Shown: in pieces, positions 9,601 through 19,226 of the stretch
Layout of the letters: each line of letters opens with the position of its first letter
How positions within the stretch are numbered: position 1 is the stretch's first letter
Source of the DNA: a virus
Direction: 5' to 3' (one strand)
Virus record (IMG/VR): IMGVR_UViG_3300034105_001128
Coordinates: 12,242-76,241 of that record
DNA: 64,000 nt
Translations under genes and position numbers: made by a program
Notes under the pieces: model-generated
Seen by the model: only the letters and a program-made list of their open reading frames with translations
Database searches by the model: none
Told to the model about the DNA's origin: nothing

Positions 9601-10254
9601 CTAAGCGGACGCAACTCCAAGATCACGCATTAATTCATTGTAGGCTACACGCTTTCCATAGTAATCCACCTCAAAAGTATCGTCAAAAGCTGACTTAAAC
9701 TCCTGTGAATGAAGAGCGGCGTTAAAGTCCCTACATACCGTATCACTTGCGGAAGCTTGTTCAACAAACCGCGTTAAGGGACAAGGCCAGTTATTTAAAT
9801 CACCAGTTAAATAGTCTTCATCTTTTAGATTTTTTATAATTATTTCAAGATTTTTTGAGTTTTTACCCACAGCATAATTACAATTATTATACTTAAGATG
9901 ACCTGGTTGAGAAGCTGCTAAAAGGTCATGGTCACACTGTAAGATATCAAACGCGTAGTCTAAAGGAGACTTACATACAGAGTCCATATCCGCATACACC
10001 CCACCATATTTATAGGTTACTAAGTATCTCCATATATCTCCTTGAGTTATAGGAGCTAATTTCTCATAATGGGTGTACAGAACAGGATCTTCTGTTTTTA
10101 CAAATTCTGCCCTGTCTATATGATTAACGTACTTATACTGCCAGGTTGGATTTAGATTTATCCAAGTCTGTGTTACTTGCTTTAAATGTTTTGGTAATTC
10201 TTCGTACAGGTAATTATGTGTTTGCCAGATTATCTTAGGGACATCTTTAGGCAT
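9601..10254 (-). CDS. GT32/OCH1-like DxD glycosyltransferase
   Basis: VPKIIWQT, W..LNP.W.Y, DIWRY..YKYGGVYADMD motifs. Confidence 0.85.
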   Translation of the reverse strand: MPKDVPKIIWQTHNYLYEELPKHLKQVTQTWINLNPTWQYKYVNHIDRAEFVKTEDPVLYTHYEKLAPITQGDIWRYLVTYKYGGVYADMDSVCKSPLDYAFDILQCDHDLLAASQPGHLKYNNCNYAVGKNSKNLEIIIKNLKDEDYLTGDLNNWPCPLTRFVEQASASDTVCRDFNAALHSQEFKSAFDDTFEVDYYGKRVAYNELMRDLGVASA

Positions 10255-10261
10255 AATAAAA

Positions 10262-10534
10262 TTACTTTGACTTAGCGATGTAATCTAAAAGAATGTCATA
10301 CATGCGATCTAGTTTTTCTTTCATAGCTTTATGATCTTCTTTCATTTGCTTGCGACTTGCATCTGCTTCAGTAATACGATTCTCAAGTCTTGAAATTTGG
10401 TCTTTCATTGATGAGCCTGAATTAGGCTTGAGTTCGCTTAAATAGTGTTTTACAAGAAATTTAATCCCGCCTGCCATAATACCAACTATGGTTAAAACAC
10501 TTAACAGCAATGCTGCCCAGTCTTGTACGGTCAT
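10262..10534 (-). CDS. Single-TM coiled-coil membrane protein (lysis-associated?)
   Basis: Likely start MTVQDW; N-terminal TM then ELKPNSGSSMKD and coiled coil. Confidence 0.6.
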   Translation of the reverse strand: MTVQDWAALLLSVLTIVGIMAGGIKFLVKHYLSELKPNSGSSMKDQISRLENRITEADASRKQMKEDHKAMKEKLDRMYDILLDYIAKSK

Positions 10535-10632
10535 GTAAGCTCCGGTAGTTGTGGTGACAATGTGTAAACTATGCCGCATAGAATACACCTTGTAATGCTA
10601 AACTATGAGCATAGTAAGAAGGAGATCATTGA

Positions 10633-13338
10633 TTGAATAGAAAATTAAGAATATTTGCAGCCTTCCTGATATCAACAGGATGGCTTTTTGCTGTACCTAC
10701 CGAAGCGCATGCAGTAGAAGGCTTGACTGCCCAAGTGTATAATGTACAAGGCCAAAATAATGCCCCCTATATTCCTCAAGGGGCATCTCCAATATTAACA
10801 ATAAATGTTCCAAATATCAACTTTCAATGGGGCTCTGGTAGTGTTCTTGGTGGACCATCAGAAGACGTTATAGTTAGATTTACTGGATCAATTCTTAGTA
10901 ACACGACTCAAAATATATCATTTTTAGCAACAGCAGACGATGGAACAAGGATCTACATTGATGGTGCTTTGATAGCAGATGATTGGTTTGACAAAGGTGG
11001 TGGGGGAACTACAAGCTCTCCAGTAGCCTTTACAGCAGGAGTCCCAAAGACCATAGAGTTAATGTACTACGAAAATGGTGGAGGAGCAAATGTATTCTTA
11101 CATTGGGATCAATCTGGGTCTATGGATATTATTCCGGCAGAAGCATTTACTTCACAGGCAGCACCAGTAGTAAAAACTATAGGTGCTCCAAGAAATCTTA
11201 CAGTAACAGATGGGGCTACCGCAACAGTATTAACTTGGGATGCCCCAGATACTGGTAATACTCAGCCAGAAAGATACGCGATAGGGCTTAACACTCAAGG
11301 ACAAAATGGTTGGGGTATTGCTACTGGAAATGTTGGTGGCCCAAATTCTTTAAGTACCACAATAACAATTGAGCATTCACTACTTGAAAGCTTAATGCCA
11401 AGTGGAACTATCTGGTCATTTCATATTAGATCAGATAATGATACATTAGCGGTTTACTCTGAAATATCTAATGTTGTAACTCTTAAAATTGGAAAGACTG
11501 CAGAAGAACTTGCTGCAGAGCAGGCAGCAGCTGAGGCCGCAATTGCAGCCGCTACTGCAGAAGTGGCACGACTAGCTGAAGTAGCGAGATTAGCTGAAGT
11601 AGCAAGACTAGCTGAAGTAGCGAGACTAGCAGAAGAAGCAAGGCTTGCTGAGGTAGCGAGATTAGCAGAGATAGCAAGATTAGCCGAAGTGGCTAGACTT
11701 CAAGCAGAAGCAGCAGCACTGTTAGCAGCGCAGCAAGAAGAGGCAAGAATTGCAGCCGCTACAGCAGAGGCTGCTCGTCTTGCTGAAGTTGCTAGACTTG
11801 CAGAGGTAGCAAGATTAGCAGAAGTTGAAAGGCTCGCAGAGATTGCTAGAGTAGCAGAAGCGGCAAGATTGGCAGAGATAGCGAGACTTGCCGAAGAGGC
11901 TAGACTTGCTGAGGTTGCAAGATTAGCGGAAGCAGAGAGAGTTGAGGCCGAAAGAATTGCAGCTGCTACCGCTGAGGTTGCACGATTGGCTGAGATAGCT
12001 AGACTCGCTGAAGTTGCCAGGTTAGCAGAGGTCGAAAGACTTGCCGAGATAGCAAGACTTGCAGAAGCTGCGAGATTAGTTGAAGTCGCTAGAGTAGCAG
12101 AAGAGGCCAGACTTGCAGAAGTTGCTAGACTGGCAGAAGCTGAAAGACTCGAAGCTGAAAGAATAGCAGCAGTGACTGAAGCTGCTCGTGTAGCAGCCGA
12201 AGCAGAAGCTGCCCGTATAGCCGCTGAGGTTGAAGCCGCAAGAATAGCGGCAGAGGTAGCAGCAAAAGCGGAAGCCGACAGAATTGCTGCAGAAGAAGCT
12301 GCAAGAGAAGAAGCAAGAATTAAAGCAGAGGCCGAGGCAAAAGCCGAGGCAGAGCGCATCGCAGCTGAGATTGAAGCAGCAAGAATTCAAGCAGAGATAG
12401 AAGCCAAGGCCGAGGCAGACCGTATTGCAGCGGAGGTTGCAGCAGCGGAGGCAAAGGCAGAAGCCGAGGCAAAGGCTGAAGCTGATCGTATAGCGGCAGA
12501 GGCAGCAGCTAAGGCTGAAGAAGAAAGATTAGCAGCAGAAGCCAAGGCCAAGGCCGAGGCAGAAGAAGCGGCAGCTAAAGCAGAAGCTAAGGCCAAAGCT
12601 GAAGCAGAGGCAAAAGCAGCTGAAGAGGCTCGCTTAAAGGCAGAGGCTGAGGCTAAGGCCAAGGCAGAAGCTGACAGACTTGCTGCTGAAGCAGCCGCTA
12701 AGGCAGAAGCTGATCGTTTAGCAGCCGAAGCTGCTGCCAAAGCAAAAGCAGAGGCCGATAAGGCTGCAGCTGAGGCTGCTGCTAAAGCAGAATCTGAAAG
12801 ACTAGCAGCTGAGAAAGCTGCTGCTGAAAAGGCTGCTCTAGAAGAGGCTGCTAAAGCCGGAACTCTTACAGAAGCTCAGAAGGAAGTTGTTGTAGAGCAG
12901 CTTATATCTGATTTACAGCCTGGAGAATCCGTATCTGCTGAGGCTATACAGGCTGCTGGCATCGAATATAAGGATCTTCCTGCTGAGACTCCTGTCGAGG
13001 TTAGGCAGGATGAAAACGGTAATGAAGTTATAATTACAGCAGACGTTGCTGCAGCCCTCGTATTACTAGAGAACCCTGCGGAATTAATTGGCGAATTATT
13101 TAGTGACCCTGGTCAAGCCCTTCAAGCACTCGGCAGTATCGGTGCTGATATGTCTACAGAAGAACGTGAAGAAGCAACTGAAATGGTTGTTGCTACAGTA
13201 ATTGCAGCCGGAGCTGCAATGAACGCTGTATCAGCCGCAGGTGGAACTACATCCGGTGGATCTACAGGTGGTGGGGGCGGAGGAGGAGGCGGTGGCGCCT
13301 CTGGTGAGTCAAAAGGAATAAGGAGACGTAAACCTTGA
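10633..13338 (+). CDS. Secreted/membrane-anchored PA14 + FN3 + long Ala/Glu helical repeat protein
   Basis: Signal peptide ending EAHA; PA14 motifs [25 protein letters not shown]; FN3-like [13 protein letters not shown]; C-terminal hydrophobic helix, Gly run and RRRK. Confidence 0.75.
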   Translation: MNRKLRIFAAFLISTGWLFAVPTEAHAVEGLTAQVYNVQGQNNAPYIPQGASPILTINVPNINFQWGSGSVLGGPSEDVIVRFTGSILSNTTQNISFLATADDGTRIYIDGALIADDWFDKGGGGTTSSPVAFTAGVPKTIELMYYENGGGANVFLHWDQSGSMDIIPAEAFTSQAAPVVKTIGAPRNLTVTDGATATVLTWDAPDTGNTQPERYAIGLNTQGQNGWGIATGNVGGPNSLSTTITIEHSLLESLMPSGTIWSFHIRSDNDTLAVYSEISNVVTLKIGKTAEELAAEQAAAEAAIAAATAEVARLAEVARLAEVARLAEVARLAEEARLAEVARLAEIARLAEVARLQAEAAALLAAQQEEARIAAATAEAARLAEVARLAEVARLAEVERLAEIARVAEAARLAEIARLAEEARLAEVARLAEAERVEAERIAAATAEVARLAEIARLAEVARLAEVERLAEIARLAEAARLVEVARVAEEARLAEVARLAEAERLEAERIAAVTEAARVAAEAEAARIAAEVEAARIAAEVAAKAEADRIAAEEAAREEARIKAEAEAKAEAERIAAEIEAARIQAEIEAKAEADRIAAEVAAAEAKAEAEAKAEADRIAAEAAAKAEEERLAAEAKAKAEAEEAAAKAEAKAKAEAEAKAAEEARLKAEAEAKAKAEADRLAAEAAAKAEADRLAAEAAAKAKAEADKAAAEAAAKAESERLAAEKAAAEKAALEEAAKAGTLTEAQKEVVVEQLISDLQPGESVSAEAIQAAGIEYKDLPAETPVEVRQDENGNEVIITADVAAALVLLENPAELIGELFSDPGQALQALGSIGADMSTEEREEATEMVVATVIAAGAAMNAVSAAGGTTSGGSTGGGGGGGGGGASGESKGIRRRKP
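11500..12860 (+). repeat. Coding tandem repeat: (RLAEVA)n hexads followed by AEAKAKAE-type repeats
   Basis: Visible in the translation; codons synonymously diversified. Confidence 0.9.
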
Positions 13339-13505
13339 GAGTATTAAGAGATATGGTTGACCAACTATGGACATTGTTAGGCATGTTTATTGCCTGGGTT
13401 GTCCTTGATGGATCTGCAAAGACTATTGTTGGCTATGCAATCATGGGCACATTATTTGCCTGGGCAGTTACTTACCCCCTTCGTAACCCAAAGGACGAAG
13501 AATGA
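13335..13505 (+). CDS. Small two-TM membrane protein (56 aa)
   Basis: Not in ORF track; TTG overlaps upstream TGA after AGGAG; [24 protein letters not shown]...NPKDEE; stop overlaps next ATG. Confidence 0.65.
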   Translation: MRVLRDMVDQLWTLLGMFIAWVVLDGSAKTIVGYAIMGTLFAWAVTYPLRNPKDEE

Positions 13506-13708
13506 AAAAAATTGGATATATACTAGCTGCTTTGTTGTTGGCTAGCTCATTAACAAGCTGTGGGTATAGTGGATTCTTCAGATATCCTTGCCAAGACCCA
13601 AAAAACTGGGAAACAGCTGAATGTAAACCACCTATTTGTACCGCAAGTCAGACTTGTCCTGTAGACTTAGTCAAGACCACTCAACCAGAAGGAACACCAA
13701 ATGTTTAA
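13502..13708 (+). CDS. Small Cys-rich lipoprotein
   Basis: MKK + hydrophobic stretch + LTSC lipobox; four further Cys. Confidence 0.7.
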   Translation: MKKIGYILAALLLASSLTSCGYSGFFRYPCQDPKNWETAECKPPICTASQTCPVDLVKTTQPEGTPNV

Positions 13709-14111
13709 AGAAAAGCTAACACCACAAGATCTAGATGCTAGATTAAAGTTTATTCTAGGTATCACATTAGGAACCATCCTATTATGTACATCCCTTGGCA
13801 TTCTTTACGGCCTTTTATTTGTAACACAGCCAATCGGCGCACAATCAGAGAATGACAAGATGTTCTTCAATGTTCTTGGAAGCATTGCTACTTTTATTAC
13901 AGGTACCCTTGCTGGTATCTTAATTGGTCAATCTGGTGCTAAAGATGTTATGGCAGCACAGTTGTCAAACAAAGAGATGGATGCTAAGAACACACAAGCT
14001 GACAAAAAGCTTGAGGCAGAAATTGATGCTACAGCAGCACGTCTTGCAGCAAAGCCAGATGGTGCAACTCCAGAAATACAGCCAGTTGATACAGATTGGG
14101 ATAAAGAATAA
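13701..14111 (+). CDS. Two-TM membrane protein (holin-like)
   Basis: Two hydrophobic helices and charged tail, directly upstream of endolysin. Confidence 0.6.
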   Translation: MFKEKLTPQDLDARLKFILGITLGTILLCTSLGILYGLLFVTQPIGAQSENDKMFFNVLGSIATFITGTLAGILIGQSGAKDVMAAQLSNKEMDAKNTQADKKLEAEIDATAARLAAKPDGATPEIQPVDTDWDKE

Positions 14112-14671
14112 TGGCAGACCAGGGAACAGCAGAACGCCTTATTGAAGTTGCTAAGGCAGAACTAGGAACTATTGAAGGTCCTAAAGACAATGAAACAAAG
14201 TACGGTAAGTACACTAAAGCTAACTTCCAACCATGGTGTGGAAGCTTTATTAACTGGTGTGCAAACGAAGCTGGGGTAAAAGTACCTAACACTGTTTACA
14301 CTCCAGGTGGAGCGCAGGCATTTAAGAAGGCTGGTCAATGGATTGATGGCGACATCGCAGATCCAGAACCAGGCGATATCGTTTACTTTGATTTCCCATC
14401 AGACGGTGTAGATCGTATCTCTCACGTAGGTATTGTTGTAAAAGACAATGAAGACGGAACTGTCTGGTGTATTGAAGGAAACACATCTTCTAAGAAGTCT
14501 GGAAGCCAACGAAATGGCGGAGAAGTTTGCAAACAACTTCGTGCTTTTAAGAAGAACAAGGCTGGAGTAATGATTTCTATTGTTGGCTTTGGTCGCCCTA
14601 AGTTTAAGAAAGCTGCTACTGCTGTCAGCCCAGCTGCCACTACAGTTAAGTGCCCTACTTGCGGTAAGTAA
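14111..14671 (+). CDS. Endolysin, CHAP/NlpC-P60 cysteine amidase/peptidase
   Basis: QPWCGSF, PGDIVYF, SHVGIV, IEGNT, GFGRP motifs. Confidence 0.85.
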   Translation: MADQGTAERLIEVAKAELGTIEGPKDNETKYGKYTKANFQPWCGSFINWCANEAGVKVPNTVYTPGGAQAFKKAGQWIDGDIADPEPGDIVYFDFPSDGVDRISHVGIVVKDNEDGTVWCIEGNTSSKKSGSQRNGGEVCKQLRAFKKNKAGVMISIVGFGRPKFKKAATAVSPAATTVKCPTCGK

Positions 14672-14682
14672 TTACAAATAAG

Positions 14683-14712
14683 AAAGCCCCCCAATTACGG
14701 GGGGCTTTTTTA
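14683..14712. terminator. Bidirectional intrinsic terminator between convergent genes
   Basis: AAAGCCCCCC-AATTAC-GGGGGGCTTTTTT. Confidence 0.85.
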
Positions 14713-15867
14713 TTATAGTAAATTTCCTAGTTTATCTACCGTAGAGTGAATCTCTTGACCACGATACATTGTCTTACCCTTGTGGATGTGGACCTGATCA
14801 AAGTGGAAGCTATCATCGTCACCTTCTTTAAAAAAGATAACGCTTACGCCTTGCTGCCAGTTTTCAAAATACTGGAGAGCTTGGCCTTTAACGTCCACCC
14901 CACCTTTGACAGAAGGGACGGCCCCATCAACTCGGCAAAGGCATCCAGGGCTAAACGAGACGCTTTTGATGGCCTGGTCACGATCAAAGACAGTTTTACT
15001 TTGTTGTTCCATACGATGAGTATGACCAAAGAGTGTTGAAATATTAGGATTCGAGTTAGCGTACTGAGCAGCAGTAGAGCCACTAGCGTTAGCGCGATCT
15101 CCATGCATAGCACGAAGACGCTTGTTGATCCAATGTGCTGCAGCAGGATATCCATCAATAAACTCCACCCCAAGTTCGTCACAACGCAATAAGTTTTGTA
15201 AGCTTAGCACAGGCCAAGCTTCTGGCATATTTGCTACTTTAACGCCATAAGCAGCGGCAGCATTAGTATTAATGAAACGGCTAAGGCGCTTGTCATGATT
15301 GCCTTCAAGTAAAATAATTCTGGCTTCGGATCCTCCGTTAGCTCTTTGTTCAGCAAGAAAACGATGGCCACGATTAATAGCAAGCTGAGCAGTATGAGCA
15401 AAGTTAGTTTCCTGTTCGTATGTTCCATACATAGGTAGATCTAGGAAATCTCCTAGATTAATAATTTGAGCAAGAGGGTGACCGTGGTCCAAACCTACGA
15501 TTTGTAGCGCTACATCCATAGCAGCTTCATCGTGGAATGGATCCAAGGCCCCATCTTCATACTTGCGATAACCGATTTGTGGATCAGGTAATGCAACCGC
15601 AACCTTCCAGTCGCTGCTGATCAGAGATGGTGTACGAACCTTTGGCTGTACTATTACGGGCTCTGCATGCTGCACTGGTTGCCAGGTTGGGCCTTCACCC
15701 CATTTAGGAGAAAGGATAATCTTAGTGTCGTCTGGGTTGTTAGATAAACTAACTTTGCTAACCTTACCGACGTCTTCTGCGGTTAGCCCATTGTTCTTTA
15801 ATAGTTTTTCAATTGAGTTTAATGCTGAGTCTGCTTTAGCATTATTGTATGCATCTTCTAGTGACAT
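14713..15867 (-). CDS. Calcineurin-like metallophosphoesterase
   Basis: DPQ, GDFLD, GNHD, HGD, GHTH motifs. Confidence 0.85.
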   Translation of the reverse strand: MSLEDAYNNAKADSALNSIEKLLKNNGLTAEDVGKVSKVSLSNNPDDTKIILSPKWGEGPTWQPVQHAEPVIVQPKVRTPSLISSDWKVAVALPDPQIGYRKYEDGALDPFHDEAAMDVALQIVGLDHGHPLAQIINLGDFLDLPMYGTYEQETNFAHTAQLAINRGHRFLAEQRANGGSEARIILLEGNHDKRLSRFINTNAAAAYGVKVANMPEAWPVLSLQNLLRCDELGVEFIDGYPAAAHWINKRLRAMHGDRANASGSTAAQYANSNPNISTLFGHTHRMEQQSKTVFDRDQAIKSVSFSPGCLCRVDGAVPSVKGGVDVKGQALQYFENWQQGVSVIFFKEGDDDSFHFDQVHIHKGKTMYRGQEIHSTVDKLGNLL

Positions 15868-16097
15868 GAACAGTTCCCATTTCTGTGCTCTTTGAGCGAC
15901 GTTATACCGAATGTTGCACCTGCAGATTTGTACAGCGTATGAAGACTTCTAGTTGAGAAGTCATCATCATTTAAAGAATTTTCAAATGCAGTTAGGTTCT
16001 TTTCGTCAAGGGAAACAGCCCAAGCTCCAACCACACACTTACCCGCTACATTGGGGTTTTTTTCTTTTGCCTCTGAATACAAAGCATCTAAACTCAT
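15858..16097 (-). CDS. Small hypothetical protein (possible HTH/Zn)
   Basis: C...HR..C.C pattern; GGAGG RBS. Confidence 0.55.
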   Translation of the reverse strand: MSLDALYSEAKEKNPNVAGKCVVGAWAVSLDEKNLTAFENSLNDDDFSTRSLHTLYKSAGATFGITSLKEHRNGNCSCH

Positions 16098-16111
16098 TGC
16101 GCCTCCAAACT

Positions 16112-16149
16112 TAATAATAGAGGCCTAGGTGAATAGGCCTCTATTATTA
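16112..16149. promoter_or_regulatory. Perfect 16-bp inverted repeat overlapping a -10 box (operator or hairpin)
   Basis: TAATAATAGAGGCCTA-6 nt-TAGGCCTCTATTATTA; TATAAT on - strand overlaps right arm edge. Confidence 0.6.
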
Positions 16150-16161
16150 TTATAGTACATT

Positions 16162-16521
16162 TTAGTAAGAAGTGCCAATTCCTTGATCAAAGCTTTGTGT
16201 GCTTCGAACAACGGATGGTGAAACAATGCGACCATTAGCCTGTGTCAAACCTGCTGCTGGATCTGTTGCCTTTGTGTATCGCGCTTTAATTGAATACGCC
16301 GCACTGTTACGTTCTCCACCTGGGGCAGCTGGCACGTTTGGACGTGAAACTTTTGTCCCTGGGGCGGTTGGGTCTCCAGCTGCAGTGTTCTTCTTAGGAA
16401 TAAGAGTACCTGATGCTGGTGAAGCTGACGGAGAAGAAAACTTAACTCCTTCTTTGCCCATTGGTGTACGGCCTTGTGCTGCCATACCCGCTAGAGCTGC
16501 GTCTTGATCTGATTTTGCCAT
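16162..16521 (-). CDS. Hypothetical Ala/Gly/Pro-rich protein
   Basis: 119-aa ORF. Confidence 0.6.
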   Translation of the reverse strand: MAKSDQDAALAGMAAQGRTPMGKEGVKFSSPSASPASGTLIPKKNTAAGDPTAPGTKVSRPNVPAAPGGERNSAAYSIKARYTKATDPAAGLTQANGRIVSPSVVRSTQSFDQGIGTSY

Positions 16522-16565
16522 TGTTAGTACCTAACTGTTAGAGATCTCTTGGCATAAATAATATA

Positions 16566-16847
16566 TTAGTTTACGGTAATAGTAAAGACAATCGCAGAAA
16601 TAGATCCATCTCTGGACTCTACTGTAGCGAATCCAGGCCTACACGTAAGATCTAAGCCACGTGGAGCCACGTAACCTCGAGCTATAGCGATAGCCTTTAC
16701 TGCCTGGTTTACGGCTGAAGCGCCTACTGCACGTAATTTGACCTGTGGAGTCTCATATAGTGCGTGGGCAATTGCTGAGCCAACGGATTGTGCGTTAGAT
16801 CCAGCGCTTACACGCAGGAACTTTTCTTCATTTTCTTTTTCATTCAC
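16566..16847 (-). CDS. spoVS: SpoVS-family (Alba-like) protein
   Basis: LRVSAGSN..SVGSAIA..RAVGASAVNQAVKAIAIARGYVAPRGLDL closely matches SpoVS consensus. Confidence 0.85.
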   Translation of the reverse strand: MNEKENEEKFLRVSAGSNAQSVGSAIAHALYETPQVKLRAVGASAVNQAVKAIAIARGYVAPRGLDLTCRPGFATVESRDGSISAIVFTITVN

Positions 16848-16888
16848 GAGTTGTAGTCCTTAGTTTTATGCCCACCTAAGAGACTATA

Positions 16889-17236
16889 TTACGGTGTATC
16901 TCCATATCCCGCTGCCCTAAGTAAAGAAACAAAATCCTCTAGTCTAAGGAGGGTTACCCACTCCCCAATAGAAGCCTCTCCCTGCCCGTTTAAGCGTAGT
17001 ACAGCTACAGGTAGATCTTTCCCGTTATGTCGCTCTTTTAACTGCTTTATAACGGCACTGGGGTTAAAATCTTTACGGGCTTTTACTTCCCAATCAATTC
17101 CGATTGTTCCAGTAACATCAGTACCGCTGCGACCAGCACCAGTGCTCTCAGCAAATGGAAACCCATTTTCTGCCAAATAGTTTGCAACAACTTTTTGTGA
17201 TCTGTATCCACGATGTTTCCTACTCTGACTAGGCAT
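16889..17236 (-). CDS. PD-(D/E)xK Holliday-junction resolvase-like protein
   Basis: KHRG..SQ..VA.YL, GTD, EVKAR. Confidence 0.7.
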   Translation of the reverse strand: MPSQSRKHRGYRSQKVVANYLAENGFPFAESTGAGRSGTDVTGTIGIDWEVKARKDFNPSAVIKQLKERHNGKDLPVAVLRLNGQGEASIGEWVTLLRLEDFVSLLRAAGYGDTP

Positions 17237-17742
17237 TATGTGTTAAACCTCCGAGTTCTTGACCGCATACCTCCACCATCAGAGGTGCGGCGTGTGAGCT
17301 CACGAGATACTAATTGTGAGTCTCTCTCAACATTGAGAGTGCGTGTTTCAATTAGCTTACGAAAAGCATACTTTACATCTAGCTCATGCTGTAAATCTTG
17401 GATCTCTTTACTAGCCGCAATCTGTGCCTTAATTAAAGTAATTCGATCACCCTTTGCGCCAGTCCAGTTGCTCAGCATACTAGACGCCTCAGCGTTATCT
17501 AATGTGCGCTGTGCCTCACGTTCATTAATAATAGCGATAGCCTGGGCACCAGCAAGATGGTCGTTCCACTGAGTAAACTGTACAAATAGGTCCATAAGGC
17601 CTTCGTCGTCTAGCTCAGTAATATCCCTAGGTAAATTTGGTATGTCGTATTCAGGTTTAGCGGTTAAAGAAAAACCTAATTCATTTACTGCCGCTAAGAC
17701 ATCTCTGCTAATACTCACTTTGCCTCCTGAAATGGTGCGCAA
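17236..17742 (-). CDS. Hypothetical helical protein (recombination mediator-like)
   Basis: Coiled-coil character, VSRELTRR end; located in recombination block. Confidence 0.45.
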   Translation of the reverse strand: MRTISGGKVSISRDVLAAVNELGFSLTAKPEYDIPNLPRDITELDDEGLMDLFVQFTQWNDHLAGAQAIAIINEREAQRTLDNAEASSMLSNWTGAKGDRITLIKAQIAASKEIQDLQHELDVKYAFRKLIETRTLNVERDSQLVSRELTRRTSDGGGMRSRTRRFNT

Positions 17743-18590
17743 CGCTTACAGCCTACTGCAGGATCTGTGCTGCAGACCGGTGGTCGTTTATTATTTACTG
17801 CCCAAGCTACGTCTAAAGCCCTGTCAAAGATATCTTTAGTAAACTCTGGGTTGTATTGTACTACGAATTCTTTGTACTCTTGGTTAGCCTTAAGCTCATA
17901 AATAAACACAATCTCTTTTGGAGCAGACTCAAACAGCCCCTCTTCAACCATTAGGTGACAAAGATGTAGGTATACCTGCCCCTGTAGCTGATGGGAACGA
18001 AAAGGTGTTTTAATATTCTTCCATGCTTTTTCTACGTTGTCGTCTGCTTGTGCCATAATAGCCGGGGCATCCATGCGGATACCTCCAGAACCAATTGACT
18101 TAATTTCAATTAAGCAGTCTTCTCCTAAACCCTTAATCCAACCATCAGCGTGACCACGGATCATATGCTTATCGCTACGCAGAGAAACCTCTGCGTATTC
18201 TTTATTTACAAGTCCTTGAAGATCTTTAGATGTAGCCCAGGTATAATCCTTAGTTATAGGGTTGTACCACTTACCATATAGAACACCCATATCGTTAAAC
18301 CACTTCTGCCATTTAGCATGAATTGTGTGGCCTTCAGCAAAGATAGATGCAAGGCGAGCCGGGGTCTTGTCACGAGTCTCTACGTAGTTACCATTAACAG
18401 CATGGTATTGCGCAAGTGCGCACCAATCATCTTTAATGATATCAGACGGATGAATATAACTCATGTCACGATCATCAAATGGGCGAGTTAACACGTGGCG
18501 CTCTACAGCACCCATAAGTCGGGTTGTTCTTTTCTTTGTTTCTAAGAATGCTTTTAAATCCTTACTAGCAATGGTTTTAGGTGTTGCCAT
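17715..18590 (-). CDS. Cas4-like PD-(D/E)xK exonuclease
   Basis: HPS..C, GH.IH, GHADG, IEIKS, Q...Y, C-terminal C-x7-C-x2-C. Confidence 0.75.
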   Translation of the reverse strand: MATPKTIASKDLKAFLETKKRTTRLMGAVERHVLTRPFDDRDMSYIHPSDIIKDDWCALAQYHAVNGNYVETRDKTPARLASIFAEGHTIHAKWQKWFNDMGVLYGKWYNPITKDYTWATSKDLQGLVNKEYAEVSLRSDKHMIRGHADGWIKGLGEDCLIEIKSIGSGGIRMDAPAIMAQADDNVEKAWKNIKTPFRSHQLQGQVYLHLCHLMVEEGLFESAPKEIVFIYELKANQEYKEFVVQYNPEFTKDIFDRALDVAWAVNNKRPPVCSTDPAVGCKRCAPFQEAK

Positions 18591-18909
18591 ACTTTCTGCC
18601 CTCTTTCTCTAACCACTCTTCTAAGGTTGTGCCTTTTTTCTTATACTTGCGTTGGGCTGCATTTCTTTCTCTATGCGACATTCCGCCAAAGATTCCGTGA
18701 AGCTCATTATTAATTATAGCCTCTTTAAGGCACTCTTGTCTAACCGGGCATGCCGGCCTACCGTCTTTACCTAAACAGATTGCTTTAGCTTTGTCAGCTA
18801 TGGGCTTATACAAAGCCTTATCTCGTGGAGGAAAAAATATCTCTGTGTCTTCTCCCTGACACTTGGCTTCATATCTCCAGGTCCATGCTGGATCATCGCT
18901 ATATCGCAT
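18577..18909 (-). CDS. whiB: WhiB-family transcription factor
   Basis: AKC..FFP..AKAIC..CPVRQECL..GIFGG...ER. Confidence 0.9.
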   Translation of the reverse strand: MRYSDDPAWTWRYEAKCQGEDTEIFFPPRDKALYKPIADKAKAICLGKDGRPACPVRQECLKEAIINNELHGIFGGMSHRERNAAQRKYKKKGTTLEEWLEKEGRKYGNT

Positions 18910-19226
18910 TACTCACCTTTTATTAAATTACGTAATTCAAAGAAATCCTCCTCTAATAGAACGACGTAATTCTCACCATCAAGGTGCAACCCTAGAACAG
19001 GCATACGACTGTCTAGAATTGCTTCAGTTGTAATCTTTTTTAAAACCTCTGACTTAATAGTCACAGATTTTTTACCGGTCCACTTATGCTCAATAAGGAG
19101 TTCGTCATCTCTAACGTCACCCTTACGTGACCAAAAAGCCCCGGAGGCAGCGCTGCGCTGGCCACCTGTAATCTTTTGCAATCGTTTTTCATGCTTTAAC
19201 GATTGTTTTTGTCCTTCACTCTTCAT
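18909..19226 (-). CDS. PD-(D/E)xK resolvase-like nuclease
   Basis: ASGA..KGDV...IEHK. Confidence 0.6.
   Translation of the reverse strand: MKSEGQKQSLKHEKRLQKITGGQRSAASGAFWSRKGDVRDDELLIEHKWTGKKSVTIKSEVLKKITTEAILDSRMPVLGLHLDGENYVVLLEEDFFELRNLIKGE

Noticed and set aside
11700-12740. Several antisense Ala/Ser-rich ORFs
   Set aside because: Shadows of the Ala/Glu repeat gene on the + strand.
17715-18590. CRISPR-Cas system suggested by a Cas4-like gene
   Set aside because: No array or other cas genes; stand-alone Cas4-like nucleases are common in phage recombination modules.
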